Assembly (NCBI GenBank): GCA_041649955.1
Contig: JBAZMD010000001.1
Location: 68,079 to 132,078, forward strand
DNA: 64,000 nucleotides
Source: Patescibacteria group bacterium
GTDB taxonomy: Bacteria > Patescibacteriota > Patescibacteriia > UBA2591 > JAQUPP01
Direction: 5' to 3'
Positions 38,055-46,872 of this stretch are shown in pieces; the stretch's first letter is position 1; each line of letters opens with the position of its first letter. Under the pieces are notes generated by a model. It saw only the letters and a list, made by a program, of their open reading frames with translations, was not told the origin of the DNA and did not search any database. The translations under genes were made by a program, and so were the position numbers.

Positions 38055-38202
38055 AAGCAATTTTTGCTATAACCTTGAGAATCCCGCTTCAAATCTCTGA
38101 ATAAAATTGGTTTAAAAACCAAAGTAAGCCGAAGGCGTTTCCGCGGGATAAATTAAATTATTTTTAAAAAACTTTTTTTGGATTTGAGGCGTGGGTTACC
38201 GT
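38055..38202. repeat. Intergenic repeat family B, copy 2
   Basis: ttgagaatcccgcttcaaatct ... gtaagccgaaggcgtttccgcggg ... ggatttgaggcgtgggttacc. Confidence 0.7.
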
Positions 38203-38225
38203 AAATTTTAGTCCCCTTTTATTAG

Positions 38226-38253
38226 TTGACACATTTTTTAAATATGCTATTAT
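38226..38253 (+). promoter_or_regulatory. Promoter module in + orientation (AsnC-type mini-gene)
   Basis: TTGACAcattttttaaatatgcTATTAT. Confidence 0.7.
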
Positions 38254-38299
38254 ATATAAATAATTATTTTAAAAATCAAAATAATTAAAAGGAGGAGAA

Positions 38300-38542
38300 A
38301 TGGAAAAAGTAGAGGCTCATGTCTTTTTAAAAGTAAAAACTTCGGAAGAGGCAGCGGAAAAAATATTGAAAACATTACGCTCTATTGAAGGAGTGGTTAG
38401 GGCGAATATGGTAACGGGGATTTACGATATGATTGTCAATGTTAAGAGTGAAAATCTCAAAACGCTGGGAGAACTTATTGCATGTAAAATCAGTAATATA
38501 GAAAATGTAATATCCAGTATTACCTGTATTGTTGTAAAATAG
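38300..38542 (+). CDS. Stand-alone Lrp/AsnC-type ligand-binding (RAM-like) domain protein
   Basis: 80 aa. AHVFLKV...IEGVVRANMVTGIYDMIVNVKSENLKTLGELI pattern. Has its own promoter, SD GGAGGAG and a hairpin terminator. One of only three + strand genes. Confidence 0.65.
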   Translation: MEKVEAHVFLKVKTSEEAAEKILKTLRSIEGVVRANMVTGIYDMIVNVKSENLKTLGELIACKISNIENVISSITCIVVK

Positions 38543-38554
38543 CCCAGACAAAAA

Positions 38555-38588
38555 AGGTCCTGCAAGAAATTGCAGGCCTTTGATTTTT
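38555..38588 (+). terminator. Intrinsic terminator after the AsnC-type mini-gene
   Basis: aggtcctgcaa-gaaa-ttgcaggcct, followed by ttgattttt. Confidence 0.7.
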
Positions 38589-38612
38589 AATCCTTCATCC
38601 CTCCACGCTTGT

Positions 38613-38781
38613 GGCGAAATTCGCCTGAACGATGTCGCGGAAAAACCTTAGAAAATTAAGGAGTTTTATTGAAAAACTCATCTGTTTGACGACCTATTTG
38701 GGAGGAGTTATGAATTTTTCAGAATAAAACGAATATAATTTTCAAGGATTTAGAGCGTTGAGTGAAGGTGAATTTTGCAAC
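38613..38781. repeat. Intergenic repeat family A, copy 2 (abuts the methyltransferase stop)
   Basis: See copy 1. Starts with the palindrome ggcgaaattcgcc. Confidence 0.8.
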
Positions 38782-38785
38782 ACTT

Positions 38786-39640
38786 TTATTTTTTTCTTAA
38801 TTGATAAATGGTGTAGAATTTGGAAAAAGCGGGATGTTTAACCGGCTCTTTTATTTTTTTAACAATCGTAAAATATTTTTTAACCAGCCGGTCAAACATT
38901 TTTTCCGGCAGCATAGTAACGCGATGCGGCTGATTGTAAAAATCAAAAGTCATTAAATCATATTCTTTTTGAGTGATTTCTTTGTTTTTTAATTTCTCGC
39001 CTAAAAACAGATTAAATTTGTTCATCTCGGTAGTGTATTCTTTCTTGTTGTAAAATCGCGGATCTGAATAAGCGCAGCTTTCCCAAATATAAATTTTATT
39101 ATTCAATGATTTGAAATAATTCGGCTGGCGCTTGCATTTTTCAATCACGCTTTCCGCGGTCTGCAATATCGGACTCGCGTTGGTAACGGTAATAATCAAT
39201 TCTCCTCCCGGTTTCAGAATAGTTTTCATTGCCTTAAAAAATTGTTCGTACAACTCAAGATTGACCAAATTATTGGTTACGGCATGGCCGATAATGCAAT
39301 CAAATGTTTTGGGAAGAAAATATTTTGTCGCTTCTGTCCAAAGACCGTTGGTTATTTTTTCTTTGCTTTCTATTTTTTTTAAACCGTTCATTGTTTCAAC
39401 CATATTTTGGCTGAATTCCAAAAGCGTGACCTTAAATTTCATTTTTGCCAGACAATCCCGAATGGCCGGCGTACAGCCTAAAACCAAGGCCTTATTGCCT
39501 GATTTCTTTTTAATGATTTTTAAAATTTTAGCGCAAGCGGCAATATGCTTTTTTGAAGGCACAAAAGGCGGCGGAATTTTGGCATAGGTTTGAGTATACC
39601 CTTCTTGCCACACTTTTTTATTTATTGCTTCTTTTTCCAT
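38786..39640 (-). CDS. SAM-dependent methyltransferase, paralog family LG.TPE.RD (copy 2 of 3)
   Basis: Motifs ALVLGCTPAIRD, LLEFS, ILKPGGELIITV and tail KKYFTIVKKI. The start is set at ATG 39640, 5 nt after the upstream stop. The ORF-track start at 39673 would overlap the upstream gene by 28 nt. Confidence 0.7.
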   Translation of the reverse strand: MEKEAINKKVWQEGYTQTYAKIPPPFVPSKKHIAACAKILKIIKKKSGNKALVLGCTPAIRDCLAKMKFKVTLLEFSQNMVETMNGLKKIESKEKITNGLWTEATKYFLPKTFDCIIGHAVTNNLVNLELYEQFFKAMKTILKPGGELIITVTNASPILQTAESVIEKCKRQPNYFKSLNNKIYIWESCAYSDPRFYNKKEYTTEMNKFNLFLGEKLKNKEITQKEYDLMTFDFYNQPHRVTMLPEKMFDRLVKKYFTIVKKIKEPVKHPAFSKFYTIYQLRKK

Positions 39641-39645
39641 GTTAG

Positions 39646-40479
39646 TTATTTTTTTAAAAAATAAATTGGGCATTGGTGAACAAAAGGATGATCTGTACCG
39701 TATTTAACGGCAGAAATCTTGAAATATTTTTTCATCATTTTCTCCCCTTCTTTTTCCGGCAGAGTCCACCAAGTTTTGCCCAACGGCCATTGTTGATGAA
39801 AAATCTTAATCAATTTGGCTATTTGCTTTTTTCTGGCCGCGTTCTTTTCATCTTGCCAAGATTTTTTAAGCGCTGAACTGATGCCGTCCGTACTCGTACT
39901 ACTGTCTTTTGCTTTCCAAACAACAAATAATCCGCCATAAGCAAATTCACTGATACTTTCTTGATTAAATTTTTTCTTAATCACGAGATTAATAAATTCT
40001 TGAATTGATTTTTTGGGAAAAATAGGAAAAAGATGGCGGGTAATAAAACAACCGCCCGGCTTTAAAACCTCTCTGATTTTAGCCAAAAATTTCGGCTGTA
40101 ATTTAATCGGAATATTACAAATAACAAAATCTCCCAGAACAAAATCATAATAATTTTGAGCCACGGGCATAGTCAGCCAGCCGGCCTTAATCCAAGTTTC
40201 CTTGTCTGCATTTTTTTGATATTTCACCCATTTGGTCATAGCCATTAGCATATCCAAACTAATATCAACGCAAGTCACTTCTGCTTTTTGGCGATGCACC
40301 AAGTCGCGAAATTCGGGCGTTCCGCCTAAAATCAAAATTTTAGCCGGTTTTTTATGTTGAGCAATGAATTTTTCTATAATCTGGCATTCGCTTTTTGACG
40401 GCCGGTTGGGCGGAGTATAAACTTGCCATTGATGTGCCATTTTTTGCGCGTGATAATAAGCTACTTTTGGTTCTGCCAT
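39646..40479 (-). CDS. SAM-dependent methyltransferase, paralog family LG.TPE.RD (copy 3 of 3)
   Basis: 277 aa. Motifs ILILGGTPEFRD, CVDIS, VLKPGGCFITR and tail KKYFKISAV. Confidence 0.75.
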   Translation of the reverse strand: MAEPKVAYYHAQKMAHQWQVYTPPNRPSKSECQIIEKFIAQHKKPAKILILGGTPEFRDLVHRQKAEVTCVDISLDMLMAMTKWVKYQKNADKETWIKAGWLTMPVAQNYYDFVLGDFVICNIPIKLQPKFLAKIREVLKPGGCFITRHLFPIFPKKSIQEFINLVIKKKFNQESISEFAYGGLFVVWKAKDSSTSTDGISSALKKSWQDEKNAARKKQIAKLIKIFHQQWPLGKTWWTLPEKEGEKMMKKYFKISAVKYGTDHPFVHQCPIYFLKK

Positions 40480-40494
40480 AATTGTCGATTTAGA

Positions 40495-40658
40495 TCCGCC
40501 AACTGGCGGAGAAATAAATTTTCGCTACAATTTATGAGCACCCTGCTTCAAACCTCTAAACAAAATCAGTTCAAAGATAGCGTAAGCCGAAGGCGTTTCC
40601 ATGAATTAAATTAATTATTTTTTCACGAACCTTCTTCGGGTTTGGGGCGTGGGTCGCC
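40495..40658. repeat. Intergenic repeat family B, copy 3
   Basis: ttcgctacaatttatgagcaccctgcttcaaacct ... gtaagccgaaggcgtttcc ... ttcgggtttggggcgtgggtcgcc. Confidence 0.7.
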
Positions 40659-40669
40659 ATAAAATAATT

Positions 40670-41506
40670 TTAATTATATTTTTGAAGAATAAAATAAAAA
40701 TATTTTCTTTTTCCATTTTTAAATGAATTGCATAACTCTGAATCTTTAACTCCCGCGAATTGCTTGCCGAGATTTTGCAAAAATTTCGGCAAAAATTGCC
40801 TAACAAGTTTCATCCTTCTTTCATTATCCAAATTCAATGCCCTAAAAACATTTTCCGTTATATCTTCTTTTTTTATTATTTTCAATTTTGATTTATTAAT
40901 GGAGTCAAAAAAAGATTGAATTAATTCCCGGCTTCTGAAATCGGCGAATAAAAAATATCCTTTAGGTTTTAATATTCTTTTCGCTTCCTGTAAAAATTTA
41001 TTAAAATTAGGGTAAGAATGAGAAGATTCTATGTTTATCGCCGCGTCAAAACTTTCATCTTCAAAAGGAATTTTTATGGCGTTTCCGTATTCAAATTTTA
41101 AATTTTTTTCATAATGATGCTCTCTGTCAAATTTTATTTCTGCTTTGGAATTATCTATGCCGACGATCAGTTTGGGCTTGAAATATCTGGCAATGAAAGA
41201 AGTTCCGCCGCCCTTCCCGCATCCTACTTCTAAAACTTTTTTATCTTTTATATTAATAGAACTCACTACCTTATGATACAACTGGGCGCAATATCTGTTT
41301 TCTTCATCAATTTTTTCCAATCTTAATTTTTCCCGGTATTGATATCCGTAATTCAAAAAAATCACCTCTCCTTTTGAATCAATTTTTGAAAGATGATTAT
41401 ACCACTTATTCACCACTAAAGACTGGCCCTTAAGATAAATCTTGTTGACTAAATTAAAAAAATTTAATATCTTTATTAATTTTTTAATCCAATCTTTCTT
41501 CGTCAT
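40670..41506 (-). CDS. Class I SAM-dependent methyltransferase (Methyltransf_11-like)
   Basis: 278 aa. Motif I VLEVGCGKGGGTSFIA, then VGIDNS, FDAAINIESSHSY and ILKPKGYFLFADF. Confidence 0.8.
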   Translation of the reverse strand: MTKKDWIKKLIKILNFFNLVNKIYLKGQSLVVNKWYNHLSKIDSKGEVIFLNYGYQYREKLRLEKIDEENRYCAQLYHKVVSSINIKDKKVLEVGCGKGGGTSFIARYFKPKLIVGIDNSKAEIKFDREHHYEKNLKFEYGNAIKIPFEDESFDAAINIESSHSYPNFNKFLQEAKRILKPKGYFLFADFRSRELIQSFFDSINKSKLKIIKKEDITENVFRALNLDNERRMKLVRQFLPKFLQNLGKQFAGVKDSELCNSFKNGKRKYFYFILQKYN

Positions 41507-41513
41507 ATATTTT

Positions 41514-42962
41514 TTATTTTCGCCCTCTTTTAATTATTATAACCTTCCCGTGTGTTGCGTCAACTTCTATCAAATCACCGTCTTTCAAAACCTTAGTGGC
41601 GATTTTGGTGCCGATAATACACGGCTTTCCCATTTCACGGGCAATGATAGCCGCATGACAAGTTAATCCGCCATCATTTGTAATTATTGCTTTAGTTTTT
41701 GAAATTGCCCCCATAAAATCTGGAGTTGTCATAAAAGTAACAAGAATTTCTCCTTTTTTCATTTTAGATATTTCGGCCGCATTTCTGATAATTCTAACTC
41801 TACCCTTAACATAACCGGCCGAGGCTGACACACCTTTAATAATCCGTATTAAAGAATCTTTAACAATTTTATTCTTGGGTATAAAAATTTTTATTTTTCC
41901 TTTATGTAATCTTATAAAATAATTATTGTTTCTTTTTTTAAGCTCGGGGGTGGAAATTAAAAGTTTTCCAATTTTTAAACTGGCAATTAATTCATCTGAA
42001 GTCAAATTAGTTAAATCAGTATAATCAACAGAAAGTCGCTTGCCAACTTCTGAAAAAAAGAATCTCATTAAGTATTCCGAGTTTTCTATGAAAGAAAGCA
42101 TTTCTGTTCTATAAAAAGACAGATTAGCTAAATCTTTAAATAATTTTTTTGTAATTTTATCAATTGCATATTTTTTATATAATGCCTTCTTGTCAGAAGC
42201 TAAATCAATTTTCATTTTGGGATAATTTTTTTTCTTTAGAGCAATTTTTATTTCCTCAATGGTGTCTATAATTGTAGGGTATTTATCAGTAGTAAAAAAG
42301 ACACAACCCATTCTCACATATTTTTGATGAAATTTATTTATTATTTTTTTTAGTCTTTTGGGGGAATTATCAATTATTTCATTCAATTTTCTATTAAACA
42401 ATTTTTGGTATTTCGCTCTTCTGATAAAATTAACGATTTTTTGCAAATCATCCTGCTTTTTTTCGATATAATTTTTTCTAGAGGACTGCATTAATATCCC
42501 AAATTCTTCATCTTCTTGTTTTTTATTAACAACTGATAGCAAATTTTTAGTAAGTGCATCAATGCTAAAATTTCCTGTATACACATAACCTATAAAACGC
42601 GCATAATAATCTGTCCAAGCTGTAAATAATTTTATCAATTTTCTATTTGAATACTTCTCTATTTTATAGGAGCTGACCTTTTTACTGAATTTATATAATT
42701 TCCTTCCATATTTTTTGTATTCAGCAAAAAGTTTTTTTAATTTACCATTTTTAATATTCTTCAATATTTCATGATGCGCAACCTCTATATCTTCTAACCC
42801 AAAATAAGCTTGAGCTTTAATCTGACTATTTATATATTTATAATCTTGGATTATCCTGCTATGCAAGGGTGTTTTAGAAACATAACCCGCTAAGGCGTAT
42901 TTAGTGGCTATATATCTGGGAAGCAGAGGTAGGGCCTTTTGTGTTGTAGCTATCCATTTCAT
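41514..42962 (-). CDS. Unknown ~370-aa N-domain fused to a C-terminal PEP-utilizer mobile (swivel phospho-His) domain, paralog C
   Basis: 482 aa. C-terminus GEILVTFMTTPDF...GGLTCHAAIIAREMGKPCIIGT...DGDLIEVDATHG. Confidence 0.8.
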   Translation of the reverse strand: MKWIATTQKALPLLPRYIATKYALAGYVSKTPLHSRIIQDYKYINSQIKAQAYFGLEDIEVAHHEILKNIKNGKLKKLFAEYKKYGRKLYKFSKKVSSYKIEKYSNRKLIKLFTAWTDYYARFIGYVYTGNFSIDALTKNLLSVVNKKQEDEEFGILMQSSRKNYIEKKQDDLQKIVNFIRRAKYQKLFNRKLNEIIDNSPKRLKKIINKFHQKYVRMGCVFFTTDKYPTIIDTIEEIKIALKKKNYPKMKIDLASDKKALYKKYAIDKITKKLFKDLANLSFYRTEMLSFIENSEYLMRFFFSEVGKRLSVDYTDLTNLTSDELIASLKIGKLLISTPELKKRNNNYFIRLHKGKIKIFIPKNKIVKDSLIRIIKGVSASAGYVKGRVRIIRNAAEISKMKKGEILVTFMTTPDFMGAISKTKAIITNDGGLTCHAAIIAREMGKPCIIGTKIATKVLKDGDLIEVDATHGKVIIIKRGRK

Positions 42963-42980
42963 AATTTAATTTTAAATTAT

Positions 42981-43925
42981 TTACAAAGTCGTAATCGGCC
43001 TACTTTGTACGATATAGAACTTTTTATTTTCCAAAGCCCACTCAATATCGCAGGGAAATTTATAATGTTTTTCAATTTGAGCGCACAATTTAGCCAATTC
43101 AATAATTTGTTTGTTGTTGAATTTTTGTTTAGCACGCAATTTATTCGGCACTTTTACCCATTCGCTGCCAATGCCTGATTTTTTCTGAACAATCATTTTT
43201 TCTTGCTCTGAAATATTAATATCAATAATTTTCCATGTTTTTTTATTAATCACATAACTGTCAGGCGTAATATGTCCGCCGACAATCGCCTCTCCCAAAC
43301 CCCAACCGGCTTCAATAATCAGCTGGTTTTTATCTTTTGTAACAGGATGAGTGGTAAAACAAATGCCTGAAATTTCCGATTGAATCATTTTCTGAATTAC
43401 CACGGCCACGGAAACTTTTGATTTTCTCATTCCTTGTTCCCGGCGATAAACAATTGCTCTTTGAGTAAAAAGCGAAGACCAGCAATCTTTAACTCGACCT
43501 AATAAATTCTGCCGAGTTGTATTGAGATAACTTTCCAGTTCTCCGGCCCATGAAGCGACTGACGAATCTTCGGCTGTCGCGCTGCTCCGAACCGCCACAT
43601 GTTTTGCTTTTAATTTATCAAAATCAATTAAAATTTCTTGCTGTAAATCTTTAGGCATTTTTGCGTCATGAATTAAATCGCGAATTAATTTTGATGCCTG
43701 ATCAACCGAATTAACATCTTTATAATTCACTTTATTTAAAGCCGATTCAATTTCAACATCTATATCAGTTTCTGTTAAAAATCTTTCAAAGGCATCAGCC
43801 AAAACCACAAATCCCGGCGGCACTTGAATTCCCGCTTGTGTCATTTCTCCCAACGACGCCCCCTTGCCTCCGGCAATTCCAACATCTTTTTTTGATAATT
43901 GTTTAAAATTTTTAGTAAATTTCAT
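42981..43925 (-). CDS. Stand-alone PPDK_N / PpsA-type ATP-grasp nucleotide-binding domain protein
   Basis: 314 aa. Motifs GGKGASLGEM, VAVRSSATAEDSSVASWAGE and DIEWALENKKFYIVQSRPITTL. It has no swivel domain and no PEP/pyruvate domain. Confidence 0.85.
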   Translation of the reverse strand: MKFTKNFKQLSKKDVGIAGGKGASLGEMTQAGIQVPPGFVVLADAFERFLTETDIDVEIESALNKVNYKDVNSVDQASKLIRDLIHDAKMPKDLQQEILIDFDKLKAKHVAVRSSATAEDSSVASWAGELESYLNTTRQNLLGRVKDCWSSLFTQRAIVYRREQGMRKSKVSVAVVIQKMIQSEISGICFTTHPVTKDKNQLIIEAGWGLGEAIVGGHITPDSYVINKKTWKIIDINISEQEKMIVQKKSGIGSEWVKVPNKLRAKQKFNNKQIIELAKLCAQIEKHYKFPCDIEWALENKKFYIVQSRPITTL

Positions 43926-43945
43926 ATATTTTTATTTTAATTTAT

Positions 43946-45397
43946 TTATTTATTTTTTAAAATTTTGACTAATCCATGATTTGCATTAACTTCCACCAAA
44001 TCACCGTCTTTCAAAACCTTAGTGGCAATTTTGGTGCCAACCAAGCACGGAATCCCTAATTCCCTTGAAACAATAGCCGCGTGGCAAGTTAATCCTCCTT
44101 CGTCGGTAATAACCGCCCCTGCTTTTTTTATTGCCACAATAAATTCAGGCGAAGTCATTGGGGCAACCAAAATTTCACCTTGCTTCATTTTATTTAGATT
44201 ACGGGGTGTTAATAATATTCTGACTCTTCCCTGAATTTTACCGCAACCGGCGCTGACAACCATACCATTTATTATCCCAGATTCTCTATTGACTTCCTTT
44301 TTCAAGAAAGGCCTGATTAAATTTATCTGTTTTTTCCCGCTCTTGAGAGTCAAAACATTTTTATAATAATGAATTAAGGCAAATTTTTTTCTATTTGCTA
44401 TTTCTTTAGAAGATACTTTTGCGCCATTTTTTAATAATTTGATAATTTCATTCGGCCAATAAAACATTAAATCGGAAAAATTAATTTTTTTTCTTCTGGA
44501 AATCTCTTTCAAGAATAAATCAACATAATGATTGGCGATAAAAATTTCTTTTTTCCTCGTATCCTGCCACCAGATTGAAGCCGAAAGCCTTTTAACTGTC
44601 TTAATGGTTTTTGCGTTAAGTTTATATTTTCTGAATAATTGATTTTTTTGAAAAATTATTTTTCTCGGCAAATTTTTGATTTCCTTTATTTTTTGATTAA
44701 CTTGCCTGATGCCTGATAATATTTTTTTAAAATACTCCGCTTTCAATTGTTTTTGTTCAAAATAACTGTTTCTAATCCAAAAATATCGTCGGATATGTTT
44801 TTCAATCAATTGATCAAATTTTTTTGTTCCCTGATATTTTTTTATTTCCAATAAATCCAATTCTTCTTTTTGATAAAAAGAAAGATTTTCCGGAGCGGCT
44901 AATTTTTCAAGGGCTGAAATAAATTCTTTTTGGTTGTCAATTTGCTTGGATAATTCTTCTTTTAAAATTTCTTCACCGCCCAAATTGGCAAGTTCCGGAA
45001 CTAATCCCACTCCCCAAAAATTTATATACAAATTGTGCCATTTATTGTAAGTATCGGCGAAGGCCTTATCAGTCAATAAACCGAGAGATTTTTCTGAAAT
45101 TTTCGTCTGGAAATTTTTTAATTTATTCAAGGCTTTTTTATAATCAGCTTGAACTTTTTTAAAATTTAAATCATTCAAAATCCATGTATTAAAATGTTTT
45201 CTTCCGGCTGTCCTGACATTTTTTTCATCGGAAATAAAAGTCATTTTATCTTTTGTAAAATAAAACAAAATCTCGGGCCAGTGATATTTGTAATAACGGG
45301 GCAAGTTCGTGGCAATCCCTATCATAAAATAGGATATATAAATCATTCTCCCGTCAATCGGTCCCCAAATCCAAAGTTTTTTTTGTGAATTAATCAT
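43946..45397 (-). CDS. Unknown ~370-aa N-domain fused to a C-terminal PEP-utilizer mobile (swivel phospho-His) domain, paralog B
   Basis: 483 aa. C-terminus GEILVAPMTSPEF...GGLTCHAAIVSRELGIPCLVGT...DGDLVEVNANHG. Confidence 0.8.
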   Translation of the reverse strand: MINSQKKLWIWGPIDGRMIYISYFMIGIATNLPRYYKYHWPEILFYFTKDKMTFISDEKNVRTAGRKHFNTWILNDLNFKKVQADYKKALNKLKNFQTKISEKSLGLLTDKAFADTYNKWHNLYINFWGVGLVPELANLGGEEILKEELSKQIDNQKEFISALEKLAAPENLSFYQKEELDLLEIKKYQGTKKFDQLIEKHIRRYFWIRNSYFEQKQLKAEYFKKILSGIRQVNQKIKEIKNLPRKIIFQKNQLFRKYKLNAKTIKTVKRLSASIWWQDTRKKEIFIANHYVDLFLKEISRRKKINFSDLMFYWPNEIIKLLKNGAKVSSKEIANRKKFALIHYYKNVLTLKSGKKQINLIRPFLKKEVNRESGIINGMVVSAGCGKIQGRVRILLTPRNLNKMKQGEILVAPMTSPEFIVAIKKAGAVITDEGGLTCHAAIVSRELGIPCLVGTKIATKVLKDGDLVEVNANHGLVKILKNK

Positions 45398-46868
45398 TGT
45401 TTAAATGTTTTAAAATTTTAACAATTCCCCTGTTCGCATCCACCTCCACCAAATCCCCGTTACGTAATGTCCCTGTTAAACCGTGAATTCCTACTATACA
45501 AGGTGTTTTCAACTCTCGCGAAACAATGGCCGCATGAGAAGTGATACCACCCCTTTCGGTTAAAATCGCTTTTGCTTGCTTCATAAGAAAGATATAATCC
45601 GGCGTAGTGTGGGAGGCAACCAATATAGCTCCCTTTTTAAATTTAGAAAAATCTCTTTCTGATTTTATAATTAAAACTTGGCCGATAACGTTTCCAGGAT
45701 AAACGGCTGCCCCGCAAAGAACCTTTTTCTTTTCTTGGCGCAATAAAATTGATCTTATTTTCAGAGCTGACTCACCTTCTAATAATGAGTAATCTTTATC
45801 AATCCCCAAAAAGATAATGGTGGATTTTTGTCTTTTTTTAATAAGATTTAAAAAATTATTTTTATTTTTTAAATTTATCTGCAACTGCTCTTCCCAAGTT
45901 AACCATCTGAATTTTTCGTAATCCAGCGCATAATTTTTTGCCACTCTTTTAAGCCAAGTCTTAATGGGTATTGTTGTTTGTAAATTAAAAGCTTTTCTTT
46001 GGTCTCTTAATTTATACAGAATATCAAGAAAATTAATCAATTTTTTAATATTTTCAGGTTTTGTTTTTAAAATTTTTCTCTTCTTTTTTCTTTGTTTTTC
46101 CGAACATTTTATTTTTTCCCACTCATTTTTAAAATTCTGTGCCAAATCTATACCATGTTCTATAAATAAAATTTCTTTTGGCAAAGCGTGCGACTTAAAA
46201 TTTAAAAATACCCAACCCCATTTTTGAGCGTGAAAAATAATTTTTTTACTTAAAATCTCATATTTTGCCAAATCTCGTACTCCGCTTTTTAGCTTTTTAA
46301 ATTCTTCAGACGGCAAACTTTTAATCAATTCTAATAAATTTTTATGTTCTTCCATTACAAAAGAGTCCTGTAAGGGCGTCATCAGCAACATTAATTCTTT
46401 CTCGTCTTTAATGGTTTCTTTGATTTTTATTTCCAAATATTTTTCAACAGCTTCACAGGTATTCATTAATAAAGCCATCCACTTCTGAATAACTTCTACA
46501 AAATTCGTATATATTTTTTTGTCTATCTTTGCTGATTTTTCTAATCTATCAAGAGCTTGCCAATTTTTTTTCGTCAGATTAATAAATTCTTTTTCTAATT
46601 GAATTGGATTATTCTTATATTTCAAATAAAATACCTGGCCCAATTTTAATAATGATTTTTTATCCAAACAATAATAAAAAGAATCTTTGTCATAAATTTG
46701 AATTAATTTAGCGCAGATTCCAAACATTTTTTTCTGAAGAGTACAGCTTCTCTTAAAACCCAAGTCCGTCCACCAAAAAAAATCAGCGTCATATTTGCCG
46801 ATTTCAAGATCGTCTTTTATCTTTTTTATTTTATTGATAAAGCTAGACACAAGTTTCTTTTCGGACAT
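45390..46868 (-). CDS. Unknown ~380-aa N-domain fused to a C-terminal PEP-utilizer mobile (swivel phospho-His) domain, paralog A
   Basis: 492 aa. C-terminus GAILVASHTTPDY...GGITSHAAIVSRELKTPCIVG...NGDLVEVDANRG. Overlaps the next gene by 8 nt. Confidence 0.8.
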   Translation of the reverse strand: MSEKKLVSSFINKIKKIKDDLEIGKYDADFFWWTDLGFKRSCTLQKKMFGICAKLIQIYDKDSFYYCLDKKSLLKLGQVFYLKYKNNPIQLEKEFINLTKKNWQALDRLEKSAKIDKKIYTNFVEVIQKWMALLMNTCEAVEKYLEIKIKETIKDEKELMLLMTPLQDSFVMEEHKNLLELIKSLPSEEFKKLKSGVRDLAKYEILSKKIIFHAQKWGWVFLNFKSHALPKEILFIEHGIDLAQNFKNEWEKIKCSEKQRKKKRKILKTKPENIKKLINFLDILYKLRDQRKAFNLQTTIPIKTWLKRVAKNYALDYEKFRWLTWEEQLQINLKNKNNFLNLIKKRQKSTIIFLGIDKDYSLLEGESALKIRSILLRQEKKKVLCGAAVYPGNVIGQVLIIKSERDFSKFKKGAILVASHTTPDYIFLMKQAKAILTERGGITSHAAIVSRELKTPCIVGIHGLTGTLRNGDLVEVDANRGIVKILKHLNND

Positions 46869-46872
46869 ATTT

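Noticed and set aside
41514-46868. Annotating the PPDK_N and PEP-utilizer genes as phosphoenolpyruvate synthase or PPDK
   Set aside because: None of the four proteins, and no other ORF in the window, has the C-terminal PEP/pyruvate-binding TIM-barrel domain. The swivel domain is C-terminal, as in RPH/YvkC-type phosphotransferases.
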